From assembly GCA_947589115.1 (NCBI GenBank), contig CANPZP010000003.1, forward strand, positions 355 to 64,354: DNA of 64,000 bases. The letters run 5' to 3'. The notes under the pieces are model-generated. The model was not told where the DNA came from and did not search any database. It saw only the letters and a program-made list of their open reading frames with translations. Source of the DNA: Candidatus Gastranaerophilales bacterium. GTDB taxonomy: Bacteria > Cyanobacteriota > Vampirovibrionia > Gastranaerophilales > Gastranaerophilaceae. This document shows, in pieces, positions 18,711-28,960 of this stretch. The position numbers and the translations under genes were made by a program. Numbering within the stretch: position 1 is the first letter of the stretch; each line of letters opens with the position of its first letter.

Positions 18711-20112
18711 GTATATTGAAGAAATTGAAAGAGATGAAATAATAAAAAAAATACGTCCGTTTATTAAAGATAAACAAGCCTATCTGGTCGGCGGATTTAT
18801 ACGTGATATTTTAACGGGAAAACATTCTCCGGACAGAGATATAATAGTAATTTCCGAAAATATTGAGAACTTTTCCGAATATCTGGCAGATTCACTTAAC
18901 GGACATTTTATAGAACTTGATAAAATCAATAAAATATACAGAATTGTATTGGAAGATAAAATTAATTATATAGATATAACAAAACCGATAGAAAACAATA
19001 TTGAAAAAGATATAAAAAGAAGGGATTTAACAATCAATGCAATCGCTTATGATTTAAATCAAAAAAAGATTATTGATTTAACCGGCGGTATTAAAGATTT
19101 AAAAAACAAAATAATTAAAGGAATATCCGAAAAAAATTTTGAAGAAGATGCACTAAGGTTATTAAGAATATACCGATTTCATGCCGTAACGGGATTTGAT
19201 ATTGATGAAAAATTAATTCAAATAACAAAAAAACTGTATAAAAAAATAAATGAACCGGCAAAAGAGCGGATAACAACAGAGTTATTAAAAATGTTTGAAG
19301 GCAAATACTGTAATTCGGCATTATTAAAACTGGAAGAAACAAATATGCTGGAAGAAATATTCCCGATATATAAAGAAGTAAAAAAAATACCCTCCAATTC
19401 CCACCATCATTTAGATTTACTTCATCATTTAATAGAAACCGTAAATCAAATAGAAATCATATATGAAAATTCAACAAAAGAAGTAAAGGAATATTTAGAA
19501 GCAACAAATTACGGCTCGGTAAAAAAACTGTCCTTTTTAAAGCTGGCAGGATTTTTACATGATATAGGCAAACCCTCATGCTGGACAATCGAAGAAGAAA
19601 GCGGGCGTCACAGATTCATAAAACACGATGAAATAGGTTCAAAACTGGTTGTCCCGATTCTAAAAGACTTAAAATTTTCAAAAAAACAAATAGAATATAT
19701 AAAAAAATTAATAAAATACCATATATATCCGTCAAGTATGATAAGTGCACCGGATGTTTCCGAGAAAGCCATATTAAAATTTTACAGGAAAATGGATGAA
19801 AGTGTCATTGATGTAATAATATTGGCAATGGCTGACAGACTTTCGGCAAGAGGTGAAAAAGTTACACAAAAAATGGTTGATGATAATATTAATAATTTAA
19901 CAAATTTATTAAATAATTATCTTAAAATAAAGGAAAATATAACTCCGTTGGAAAAACTCATAGACGGAAAAGAGATAATGGAAATATTAAATATAAAACA
20001 AGGTCCCGAGCTTGGAGTAATAATAAATTCAATAAAAGAAGCACAATCAGACGGTGAAATTATTACAAAAGATGATGCAATTCAATATATAAAAGAAAAA
20101 TTTAAAAAATAA
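18703..20112 (+). CDS. cca: CCA-adding enzyme / poly(A) polymerase-family nucleotidyltransferase with HD domain
   Basis: YLVGGFIRD, RRDLTINAIA and an HD region (HDIGK). Confidence 0.8.
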   Translation: MDKYIEEIERDEIIKKIRPFIKDKQAYLVGGFIRDILTGKHSPDRDIIVISENIENFSEYLADSLNGHFIELDKINKIYRIVLEDKINYIDITKPIENNIEKDIKRRDLTINAIAYDLNQKKIIDLTGGIKDLKNKIIKGISEKNFEEDALRLLRIYRFHAVTGFDIDEKLIQITKKLYKKINEPAKERITTELLKMFEGKYCNSALLKLEETNMLEEIFPIYKEVKKIPSNSHHHLDLLHHLIETVNQIEIIYENSTKEVKEYLEATNYGSVKKLSFLKLAGFLHDIGKPSCWTIEEESGRHRFIKHDEIGSKLVVPILKDLKFSKKQIEYIKKLIKYHIYPSSMISAPDVSEKAILKFYRKMDESVIDVIILAMADRLSARGEKVTQKMVDDNINNLTNLLNNYLKIKENITPLEKLIDGKEIMEILNIKQGPELGVIINSIKEAQSDGEIITKDDAIQYIKEKFKK

Positions 20113-20262
20113 TTAGAAATTATGATATTTTTTTATAAATGTAAAATATTTTTATAAATTGAAAAAAAGTATTATACTGATAATGGTTAAGTATATAAAA
20201 ACCAAAGTTTATGATAGAATATCATAAGGTTGGTTTTAAAATATTTGGGAGAAGATAATAAA

Positions 20263-21357
20263 ATGAGTGAATATACAATTGATTCAATATTAAAAAAAGC
20301 TCATGAAATAGGTGCATCAGACCTGCATTTTATGGTGGGAGAGGTTCCTGCATTTCGTATAGACGGAAAAATATTAAAATCAAAACTTCCGCCCGTAACA
20401 GAAGATGATATGATGAAGGCAATTGAAAAAATAGTACCTATAACGCTTAGAGATAGAATTTTTACATATTATGATTCTGATTTTCCATATGAATTAAAAG
20501 GTGTATCACGTTTCAGGGTAAATCTGGCAATGTCATTCGGATACCATTCAATGACAGTAAGACTTGTACCATATGAAATTCCAAGTTTCGAGCAGGTTAA
20601 CCTTCCGCAATGCATTGAGAATTTTACCGAATTTGATAACGGAATAGTACTTGTAACAGGAGTTGCCGGTTCCGGTAAATCGACAACCATTGCAACTTTA
20701 ATTGAAAGTATTAATAAAACAAAAAATAAACACATAGTAACAATTGAAGACCCTATAGAATACGTTTACAAGAGTCAGAAAAGTATATTTACACAAAGAC
20801 AAATAGGAGTAGATACCACAAACTATATAGACGGTTTAAAATTTGCTTTAAGACAAGACCCTGATGTTATATTAATCGGGGAAATAAGAGATATGGAAAC
20901 AGTAAGAAGTGCGCTGCATGCAGCAGAAACAGGACACTTAGTTTTTGCAACATTACACACTTTTAATGCTATTCAAACAATAAACCGTATATTAAGTTTC
21001 TTCCCGCCAAGCGAAAGAGAAGTTATAAGAAGCCAGTTTGCAGAAGTATTCAGAGGCTCAATTTCTCAAAAATTACTTCCTAAAGCAAACGGCAAAGGCA
21101 GGATTCCTACACTTGAAATTCTATTCACAACCCCGACAATAAAAGATTTCATTTTAAAAGATGAACTTGAAGAAATATATAAACTTGTTCAAAAAGGCTC
21201 TTACGAAGATATGATTACCTTTAATATGTCGCTGCATAAACTCTATAAAGAAGGATTAATAACAAAAGAAGTTGCAATTGAACACAGTGATAATAAAAAT
21301 GAGCTTTTACAATATATGAGAGGTGTATACTCCGGAAGCGAGAAAATGGACTTCTGA
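20263..21357 (+). CDS. pilT: Type IV pilus retraction ATPase
   Basis: Walker A GVAGSGKST, DPDVILIGEIRD, and His box ETGHLVFATLHT. Start at MSEYTID after a GGGAGAAG RBS. Confidence 0.85.
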   Translation: MSEYTIDSILKKAHEIGASDLHFMVGEVPAFRIDGKILKSKLPPVTEDDMMKAIEKIVPITLRDRIFTYYDSDFPYELKGVSRFRVNLAMSFGYHSMTVRLVPYEIPSFEQVNLPQCIENFTEFDNGIVLVTGVAGSGKSTTIATLIESINKTKNKHIVTIEDPIEYVYKSQKSIFTQRQIGVDTTNYIDGLKFALRQDPDVILIGEIRDMETVRSALHAAETGHLVFATLHTFNAIQTINRILSFFPPSEREVIRSQFAEVFRGSISQKLLPKANGKGRIPTLEILFTTPTIKDFILKDELEEIYKLVQKGSYEDMITFNMSLHKLYKEGLITKEVAIEHSDNKNELLQYMRGVYSGSEKMDF

Positions 21358-21365
21358 TTTATAAA

Positions 21366-22130
21366 ATGAAAGAACAATTTACAACAAATGCCATAAATCT
21401 TAAATCATACAGTATCAGTGAAGCTGATAAAATTATTTTAATGTATTCACAAGACAAAGGATTAATAAGAGGAGTGGCAAAAGGAATAAAAAAAACAAAA
21501 AGCAAACTGGGCGGCAGAATGGAGCTTTTAGTTGCAAATAAAATGATGCTTGTTAAAGGCAGGAATCTTGATACTATTTGCCAGGCTGAAGCTTTAAACA
21601 CGTTTTTTAATCTCAGAAGCGATATGAATAAACTGTTTTATGCTATGTATTGTTCCGAAATAATAAGCAATTTCGGAATAGAAAACGACCCTAACAGTAA
21701 AGAAATTTATAACTTGTTTTATACGTTTTTAGACAAATTATCACAGTCAAAAACAAAAGAAGAAATTATGCTCTGCGTTTTAAGATTCCAATTAAAAATT
21801 ATGGAAATAACAGGATATTCAATAGAATTACAAGACTGCGTCAAATGTTTAAAAACACCAAATGAAGAAGAAATATATTTCTCAACCGAACAAGGCGGAA
21901 TATTATGTAAAGAATGCGCACGAGAAGTATATAAAAAAATAAAAATCCCTCATAAAATAAAAGAATTTTTATTCGTTCTTTTAAAAGAAGATTTTTACGC
22001 ACATACAAAGTACGATGAATCAGCAACTGAAAAAATCTGCCAAGTATGTATAGATTTATTGAAAAAATATATTGAATACTATTCGCCAAAACCGTTTAAA
22101 ACAGCTCAAATACTGGAAAGTATAAGGTAA
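21366..22130 (+). CDS. recO: DNA repair protein RecO
   Basis: OB-fold N-terminus and zinc motif C.KC...(16)..C.EC; size 254 aa. Confidence 0.8.
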   Translation: MKEQFTTNAINLKSYSISEADKIILMYSQDKGLIRGVAKGIKKTKSKLGGRMELLVANKMMLVKGRNLDTICQAEALNTFFNLRSDMNKLFYAMYCSEIISNFGIENDPNSKEIYNLFYTFLDKLSQSKTKEEIMLCVLRFQLKIMEITGYSIELQDCVKCLKTPNEEEIYFSTEQGGILCKECAREVYKKIKIPHKIKEFLFVLLKEDFYAHTKYDESATEKICQVCIDLLKKYIEYYSPKPFKTAQILESIR

Positions 22131-22133
22131 AAA

Positions 22134-22787
22134 ATGCAAATTGAAAAATATATAGAACACACACTATTAAAACCTGATGCATCAAAAGAAGAAATAATTA
22201 AACTCTGTGAAGAAGCCAAAAAATACGGATTTCAAGGAGTTTGCATTAACAGTTCAAATATAAAATCAGCAAAAGAATATTTAAAAAATACTGACATAAA
22301 AATAGTAACGGTCGTAGGATTTCCTTTGGGAGCTTGCATGAGTGAAGTAAAAGCTTTTGAAGCAAAAAAATCAATTGAAGCCGGTGCGGATGAAATTGAT
22401 ATGGTTATAAATATTCAATCAATTAAAGATAAAAATTATGAATACACTTTACAAGACATTAAAACCGTAAAAGCCGCATGCCCCCTCAACCCTTTAAAAG
22501 TTATTATAGAAACCGATTTATTAACAAAAGAAGAAATAGTAAAAGCCTGTGAAATAATCATAAAATCAGGAGCACAATACGCTAAAACCTCAACCGGATT
22601 TGTCAAAAACGGCGTAGGTGCTAAAGTTGAAGATATAAAATTAATGTATGAAACATTAAAAAATTCTAATGTAAAAATTAAAGCATCAGGAGGTATAAAA
22701 GAACGAGAAAAAGCTCTTGAACTTATTCAGGCGGGAGCATCAAGGCTAGGAACTTCTTCGGGCGTTAAACTTACAGAAAATTGCTGA
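22134..22787 (+). CDS. deoC: Deoxyribose-phosphate aldolase
   Basis: IEHTLLKPDA, ADEIDMV, and the KTSTGF Schiff-base lysine motif. Confidence 0.9.
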   Translation: MQIEKYIEHTLLKPDASKEEIIKLCEEAKKYGFQGVCINSSNIKSAKEYLKNTDIKIVTVVGFPLGACMSEVKAFEAKKSIEAGADEIDMVINIQSIKDKNYEYTLQDIKTVKAACPLNPLKVIIETDLLTKEEIVKACEIIIKSGAQYAKTSTGFVKNGVGAKVEDIKLMYETLKNSNVKIKASGGIKEREKALELIQAGASRLGTSSGVKLTENC

Positions 22788-23079
22788 TTTCTATATTAGA
22801 TAATTTTTCTTTGTGAGGAACATCTAATTTTGCAAGATTTTCTAACCTGTTTACATAATTTTTTAACTTATTATTTTTTATATTCCGTTTCATTGCGAAA
22901 TATACAATAATAACTCCCAAAACAACATACGTCAGTTCAGAAATAGACCTTTTAATTTTTTTGGTCGCAACCTCATCAGGTTTTAATTTTTTATTTGAAG
23001 TATCTTTTTCTCCGACAGGTATAGTCTGAGATTTAAAATTTCGAGGATAATTTATTGAAGGATTAAATGCAACTTTCAT
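22771..23079 (-). CDS. Small single-pass membrane protein (last gene of 4-gene operon)
   Basis: 102 aa; TM LTYVVLGVIIVYFAM; starts 10 nt after the GH13 gene's stop. Confidence 0.6.
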   Translation of the reverse strand: MKVAFNPSINYPRNFKSQTIPVGEKDTSNKKLKPDEVATKKIKRSISELTYVVLGVIIVYFAMKRNIKNNKLKNYVNRLENLAKLDVPHKEKLSNIEISNFL

Positions 23080-23088
23080 AATAATTAC

Positions 23089-24834
23089 CTAATTCAATTT
23101 TTGATTATAAACTTCAATAGCGTTTTCTTCAATATCGGGAGTATCAATTTCAAATAAATGTACTCTGCCTGCACCTAAATCTACATTTAATTTACCGTCC
23201 TCAGCCTGCAGAGTTGAATCATCTCCATATGATTTAAAGAGATTTTTTAACTGCTGAGATTCCTTTAAGCCGGGGATTTCGATACTTCCGGATTGTCTTG
23301 AAGTAACATCTCTGTTTGCCACGGTAAGAAGAGTTTTACCGTTTAAATGACGGGCATATGCAATGATTTTATCATCTTTATTATCGGTTTTTAAAGGAAT
23401 ATAAGAACCTTTAGTTAAAATATCATGATATTTTTCATCATTTCTGATATCAAGAGTATTTTTCATAAAGTCACCAAGCTCAGGATGATTTCCGATTAAA
23501 GGTCTTGAGAAATTAAATATATCGGGCTTGCTTTTATGAACGGTACATTCATTAGAATCAGTATCCGTTTGATTATCAACAGTTCCTTCATAATCATACA
23601 TATAATAATCTCCGGATTGATATCCGTCAAAATAATAAGGATTTGTCATCGGAAGTGTTGCCTGTATCCCAGAAATAAGATTCGTATATAAAACACCGCC
23701 ATGATTCATTATAGAAATATCATCATGAGTACCGAATGAACCTATTAAAGATTTTCCTCCGTCTAATTCCTGCGACATTTGAAGATTTTCTTTAACATAA
23801 TCCGATAATTGTTTTGAGGTAGACCAGTCATGGAAATTATGATATTGACCGTAATAAGCATCAAATCCTGCCCTTAGAGCATCTTCAGGTCTGTCATAAT
23901 TCATATTTAATTGAGGTGAAGCATCCTCATAAGTATAACTTTCTGCCAGCCATGCAAATTCAGGGTCTTTTTGACGTGAATAATTTATTAATATATCCCA
24001 AAATTCCGTAGGTTTTGTTCTTGAAACATCACTTCTTATTCCGTCAACACCTAATTCAATACACATATCAACAAAATCTTTATGCATTTGAAGTAATTCA
24101 GGATTTAATTCACGTTTAGTTTCATCTTTCCAAGGGCTAAACATTCTGATATCATTCCACCCGCCCGGAGTTCTTGGTGTTCCGTCTTTTTCAAAAGCCA
24201 TTAACTCGGGTCTTTCTTTAAATAAATCATATGAAGCACAACTCGGTAAATCAAGCATTACGCTTATTCCTCTTTTGTGGCATTCATCTATAAAAGATTT
24301 AAATTCTTCTTTTACCGTTCTCGGATCATTTTTATCATCTAATGCAGGGTCAATTTCTAAGAAATTTTTAGGTGCATAAACAGAACCCGCAGTCCCCATT
24401 GCATTTTCTTTTCCGGGCGGATTTATCGGCAATACATGTAAAGTATTTATCCCTAAATTCTTAAATTCATCTAATCTTTTAACGGCGTTATTAAAATTAC
24501 CCCTTATATCGCCTTCTCTTAAAAGCTGGTTTCCTGTTTTATCTTCAGCGCCTAAATTTCTAATGATTACACCCATAATTTTAGCATCATTATTACGGAA
24601 TTTTGTTCTTAAATCATTTTTATAATTTTGAGGAGCTTCAATATTATTATTTACCGGATTTACTTGATATGAAGCTATAATCCCTTGATTTCTCATATAC
24701 TTTTCAAGGATGTTTGTGCCGATAGGCTGATTCTGAACTTGTTGAGATGCTGCGGGAATATTCTGTCCGTTATTCAATTGAACAGGAATATTCACAGGTT
24801 GTGTATTTGTAATATTATTAATTAAGTTACTCAT
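23089..24834 (-). CDS. GH13 alpha-amylase-family enzyme, GlgE/maltosyltransferase-like, with Q/N-rich N-terminal extension
   Basis: GVDGIRSDVSRTKPTEFWDILI....DPEFAWLAESYT parallels GlgE GFRVDNPHTKP.AFWE..I....DPDVIFLAEAFT. An FGTHDD region IV is present. The nucleophile Asp, acid/base Glu and region IV Asp are all present. Confidence 0.8.
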   Translation of the reverse strand: MSNLINNITNTQPVNIPVQLNNGQNIPAASQQVQNQPIGTNILEKYMRNQGIIASYQVNPVNNNIEAPQNYKNDLRTKFRNNDAKIMGVIIRNLGAEDKTGNQLLREGDIRGNFNNAVKRLDEFKNLGINTLHVLPINPPGKENAMGTAGSVYAPKNFLEIDPALDDKNDPRTVKEEFKSFIDECHKRGISVMLDLPSCASYDLFKERPELMAFEKDGTPRTPGGWNDIRMFSPWKDETKRELNPELLQMHKDFVDMCIELGVDGIRSDVSRTKPTEFWDILINYSRQKDPEFAWLAESYTYEDASPQLNMNYDRPEDALRAGFDAYYGQYHNFHDWSTSKQLSDYVKENLQMSQELDGGKSLIGSFGTHDDISIMNHGGVLYTNLISGIQATLPMTNPYYFDGYQSGDYYMYDYEGTVDNQTDTDSNECTVHKSKPDIFNFSRPLIGNHPELGDFMKNTLDIRNDEKYHDILTKGSYIPLKTDNKDDKIIAYARHLNGKTLLTVANRDVTSRQSGSIEIPGLKESQQLKNLFKSYGDDSTLQAEDGKLNVDLGAGRVHLFEIDTPDIEENAIEVYNQKLN

Positions 24835-27208
24835 TTACTTTACTTTTAGCCTCAACTTCTTTTTCAGTCTTACCTTTACGTCCTAAAAATAAACCTGTTA
24901 ATAACACAGTTCCAGCAATAACTGCCCCTAAAGCGCCCCACAATTTCAACCATTTCTTTGAATTGTACATTTGTTTTGCCGCATCTTGTATTATTAATTT
25001 AGCAGGTTTACCTGCCAGATTATTTCTTTCTGCCGCATTAGCACTGTTTGTAATCCCTGTAACAACTCTTCTCTGAAGTTCAGGAGTAATACTGTTCTGC
25101 CAATTTGCAATTTTTTCCATACAAGTTTTCTTATAATTTTTAAAGCCTTCTAATAACTTAGATTCTTTAACTATGTCTGATATCGTATCACCCGCATCCG
25201 CATCAAATAAAACGCCTAATACCGTTTTATATTCTGTTTCGGAAAGTTCAAACCCTTTTGTTTTTAATTTTTCAACATAATCTACGGTTGTGGCATTAAC
25301 CATAACTTTCTTACAATAATCAACCAATTTAGCGGAAATCTTTTTAGCTTCTTCTACGGAAATATCGGAACCTGCATCTTTTGTTTGTTCAACTAATTTC
25401 TTTTCAATTTGTTTTAATAATGTGCCGTCTTGAGCTCGTTTATATACATCAATAGTCTGCATTATTCTGTAGAATGATGATGATGCACCTAAAGCTCTTT
25501 CTTTTGCATTTAACATAACCGTATTTTTTAATGTACCGATATTTTCTTTTACGGGTGCATCTTTTGCTGCTATTATTTTATCTGCTATTTTATGCATACC
25601 TTGAGATTTAAAGCCTCTTCTTGCATCTCTGAAAATATTTTCAGAATACTTATCTATTGTTGAAATAAATTCTTCACCTGTATTTGCCTCAAATTCATTA
25701 ATTATATTGAATAATGAATTTACAAGCTTTTCATATGAACCGTCTTTTACCAAGGAATTTAATTTATTATCTATAACCGACATATTCCCTTGTGATACGG
25801 CTCTTAATTCTTTATCCGTTAACTTTAACCCTTTAATAAATGTATTTGTTACTTTATCCCATGTATTTGCAATATAAGTGCCGGATTTATCACCGACTCT
25901 CGAGGCAATAAAGTTGTCTAAAAGCTTTTTATTATGTGTTAATTCAGACATTGAATTAAGTAAATTATATAAAGAATTTTTTACTTCTTTAACTTTCGGA
26001 ATATCAGCCGTCTTTTTAGTATTCTGTAATACATTTGTTATCTCGCTGCTTAATTTCACTTGCTGACGTTTATTGCCGCCTGCAACAGAAGTTAATATTT
26101 CTGAAATACCTTTATATGATTTTGCAGATATGGCTTTATCAAGATTTTTAGCCTGCTCTTCAGTTAAATTGGCAAATACATCTTCGGAAACAATTCCTTT
26201 CAATGCTTTCTTAACCATATCAAGATTTAAAGTTTCCTTAATTATCATATTTTCTTTAATTTCAGCTTCAATTGCATCCTGAACTGATGCAGAATTGACA
26301 TTCGGGAACATATTAGATATCTTTTTAATCATTTTTTCATCTAATGGTTCCTCTAAATTATTATTAATAAATTTCTCAAATGACTTATTAAATAATTTTT
26401 CCTTACCTTTTTCAATAATATTTTTATGATTAATGTCTTTACCGTTAGGAATAGTAGATTTTAAATTAACTCTATTTTTCAAAGCTCTTTCGGAAGAACT
26501 CATTTCAGCTCTCATTAAACCGTTATTGATAGGTTTTTCAATAGCAGAACACATTAAAGCGCTGAAAATAGGAGCAGCACCTGCCGATAACATCCACAAT
26601 GTATTACCTTGAACTCCGACTTTCTTTGCTCTCTGTTTTATAAAACTGTTTCTGTCGGGTAAATTTTCAGATACGTTTAATTTTTTACCTATTCTGTCCA
26701 AATCCTCCTGAGAATATAAATCGGTTAAATCATATTGAGGATCTTGGAATAACATTTTCTTTCTGCCTTGAGAATCAATATATTTCTGATGAATATCAAC
26801 TCCCGTTCTGGCCTTTAAAGGAGCCTGAATTAACAACTTGGGCAATAAAGCCATACTCGCAAAGAAAGAACCGAATCCCACAAATTGCATTGTTTTATTC
26901 AATTTCAAAGGATTTTTAACACATAAATAAGCGGCAATAGCTAAAGAGCCTAATTTAACTCCGATATCATTAATTCTTCCGAGTTCATGGTCATTGGCTT
27001 TTCCTTTTGAAGCTTTGCCAATATTAACTATATCTTGTTTAATATCTTTTGCATATGTTATGGGAGAACCAAAAATCCGAGAAGGAAGTAATTTACCTTT
27101 AGGAGCCATTGGGCGTACTTTTCCGTCTGAATCAAAAGTAAATACAGGTGATAGCTGTTGATTAGCAACAGGCTGTTTATTTAAAGCTTGCTCTAAAAGA
27201 TTAGCCAT
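24827..27208 (-). CDS. Large membrane protein of unknown family (793 aa)
   Basis: N-terminal hydrophobic hairpin, long helical K/E-rich middle, and C-terminal TM WLKLWGALGAVIAGTVLLTGLFL. The N-terminal about 250 aa are paralogous to the upstream gene. It overlaps the GH13 start by 8 nt. Confidence 0.7.
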   Translation of the reverse strand: MANLLEQALNKQPVANQQLSPVFTFDSDGKVRPMAPKGKLLPSRIFGSPITYAKDIKQDIVNIGKASKGKANDHELGRINDIGVKLGSLAIAAYLCVKNPLKLNKTMQFVGFGSFFASMALLPKLLIQAPLKARTGVDIHQKYIDSQGRKKMLFQDPQYDLTDLYSQEDLDRIGKKLNVSENLPDRNSFIKQRAKKVGVQGNTLWMLSAGAAPIFSALMCSAIEKPINNGLMRAEMSSSERALKNRVNLKSTIPNGKDINHKNIIEKGKEKLFNKSFEKFINNNLEEPLDEKMIKKISNMFPNVNSASVQDAIEAEIKENMIIKETLNLDMVKKALKGIVSEDVFANLTEEQAKNLDKAISAKSYKGISEILTSVAGGNKRQQVKLSSEITNVLQNTKKTADIPKVKEVKNSLYNLLNSMSELTHNKKLLDNFIASRVGDKSGTYIANTWDKVTNTFIKGLKLTDKELRAVSQGNMSVIDNKLNSLVKDGSYEKLVNSLFNIINEFEANTGEEFISTIDKYSENIFRDARRGFKSQGMHKIADKIIAAKDAPVKENIGTLKNTVMLNAKERALGASSSFYRIMQTIDVYKRAQDGTLLKQIEKKLVEQTKDAGSDISVEEAKKISAKLVDYCKKVMVNATTVDYVEKLKTKGFELSETEYKTVLGVLFDADAGDTISDIVKESKLLEGFKNYKKTCMEKIANWQNSITPELQRRVVTGITNSANAAERNNLAGKPAKLIIQDAAKQMYNSKKWLKLWGALGAVIAGTVLLTGLFLGRKGKTEKEVEAKSKVNE

Positions 27209-27209
27209 T

Positions 27210-28331
27210 CTAGCACACTACCTTTTCTTTACTTTCGTCTATTAAAGGAGAAGTTCCGTGAGATTTATTCCCCCTATTATTATTAAAGTTTTTTAATGTC
27301 ATGAAATTGCCTAATAAAGTCATGCCAACAGCACTGCCCAATAGGATTCTGCCCGCAACATTACTGCTTTTTGAGCCTTTGTTAACAAGTTCTTTTACAC
27401 TTGTTACAAATCTTGTTCCAAAATCTTTTATAAAATAATCATATTTTGCTACATTTTTAACAGCCTTGTCACTTGCTTGTTTTGCAGCATTTGCAACCTT
27501 AATATGATTCCTAAAATTATTTATCCTTATCTTTGGATTAATTACAAAAGATTCCCAAGGCTTTTGTGCTGCTATTGCAACTCCTGTCGCAGCCCATAAA
27601 TAAGATGATAACGTGGAAAATAACCTTGTTTGTACAACTTTTTCCCTTATTTTATCTTTTGTCTGCTGATCTGAAAATTCAGATTTCTGATACCCCATTT
27701 TCTTTGCAACTTTATCAAAATATGCATTTCTTGTATCGCCGTATTCTTCATTATTATAAAGTAAATCATAACGAGGGAAATCAACACTCTCAAATACTTT
27801 ATGGTACTCATATGAAATTAAATTGTCTTTGTTGCTTTCTTCAGGAAGTTCATCAATCTTCTTCTTATACGGAAGATTAACATCAATTCCATATCTCCAT
27901 TTAACGGGTTTTTCAATAAATTTTCTGGAAATAACTTTAAATAAGCCGTAAAGAACTACACCTATACCCATCCTTTTACCGAGTTTAGATGAATTGACAG
28001 CCCCCGGGGTATCAAAAAATTTACTTGCAAGATTAAATACACCAATCATGGCAGCACTTCCTGCCAAATACGGCACCATGCCCATTGTCAAAAATTCATA
28101 GAAATTGGCATTCTTACTTCCTGACATCCCTTTTTTAGGATAAGTTGTAAACGCTTTTGTAAATTTATCAGCCTGTATCTTAACCGCCGTTGTTATAGGA
28201 TGCTTCTTTGTTTCCGAATATAATACCTTATCTTTCGCATGCTCCTCTTTCTCCTTATCTTGAGATTCTTTGAAGGAAACTCGGCTTGCAAAAGCATTAC
28301 TTACATTATGTTTTCCTAATATTTCGACCAT
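27210..28331 (-). CDS. Membrane protein of unknown family (373 aa), paralog of the N-terminal domain of the 793-aa protein
   Basis: Shared blocks: EKPVKWRYGIDV vs QAPLKARTGVDI; FPRYDLL vs DPQYDLT; KVVQTRLFSTLSSYLWAATG vs KVGVQGNTLWMLSAGAAP. Its stop lies 1 nt before the next gene's start. Confidence 0.7.
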   Translation of the reverse strand: MVEILGKHNVSNAFASRVSFKESQDKEKEEHAKDKVLYSETKKHPITTAVKIQADKFTKAFTTYPKKGMSGSKNANFYEFLTMGMVPYLAGSAAMIGVFNLASKFFDTPGAVNSSKLGKRMGIGVVLYGLFKVISRKFIEKPVKWRYGIDVNLPYKKKIDELPEESNKDNLISYEYHKVFESVDFPRYDLLYNNEEYGDTRNAYFDKVAKKMGYQKSEFSDQQTKDKIREKVVQTRLFSTLSSYLWAATGVAIAAQKPWESFVINPKIRINNFRNHIKVANAAKQASDKAVKNVAKYDYFIKDFGTRFVTSVKELVNKGSKSSNVAGRILLGSAVGMTLLGNFMTLKNFNNNRGNKSHGTSPLIDESKEKVVC

Positions 28332-28585
28332 TACGCCTCACACAGTATATACCTGTAATCATAAGTATCATAAAACAATATTATTGCTATATCATCGACT
28401 GAAAAAGATTTTTTTTTACATAACTTTACACATGTAATTTTTATTTCCGTTTTTTTTATTTTTTTCTTGCTAAAAGTAACTTTAAATTATACAATATACT
28501 TTGTAGATAACTATTTAGTAATTATTAGCTTAATTCCTATCGCAAATTATTTACAAGCATTAAACCAACTTAAGGAGAACATTAA

Positions 28586-28861
28586 ATGTACGAAGACGAA
28601 AAGCTTATTTGCGAAGATTGCGGAAGTGAATTTGTATTCACGGCTGGCGAACAAGAATTTTATGCGGCAAGAGGACTTGTTAACAAACCTAAACGCTGTC
28701 CTGAATGCAGAAAAAACAGAAGACAAAAAAACAGAAGAAAATTATATGAAGTAACTTGCTCTAAATGCGGATGCCAAACTAAAGTTCCTTTTAAACCTAT
28801 TGAAGGAAAAGAAGTTTATTGCAAAGACTGCTATAACGCAATGAAAGAATCTAATGAATAA
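28586..28861 (+). CDS. Double zinc-ribbon protein (CxxC-x-CxxC twice)
   Basis: CEDCGSEFVFTAGEQEFY...CPECR and CSKCGCQTKVPFKP..GKEVYCKDC. Confidence 0.7.
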   Translation: MYEDEKLICEDCGSEFVFTAGEQEFYAARGLVNKPKRCPECRKNRRQKNRRKLYEVTCSKCGCQTKVPFKPIEGKEVYCKDCYNAMKESNE

Positions 28862-28884
28862 ATAATCATTTTGTTAAATTCATA

Positions 28885-28916
28885 AAAAAGAAGAGGTGTT
28901 TATACACCTCTTTTTA
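28885..28916. terminator. Bidirectional rho-independent terminator
   Basis: AAAAAGAAGAGGTG-TTTATA-CACCTCTTTTT. Confidence 0.75.
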
Positions 28917-28960
28917 ATTTATAGGAAAGTAAATTTCAGTTAATTCTGTATTTTAGTATA

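Noticed and set aside
28467-28754. 95-aa ORF overlapping the zinc-ribbon gene in another frame.
   Set aside because: The overlapping 28586-28861 frame has a GGAGAA RBS and two complete CxxC...CxxC ribbons. The 95-aa frame has no recognisable features.
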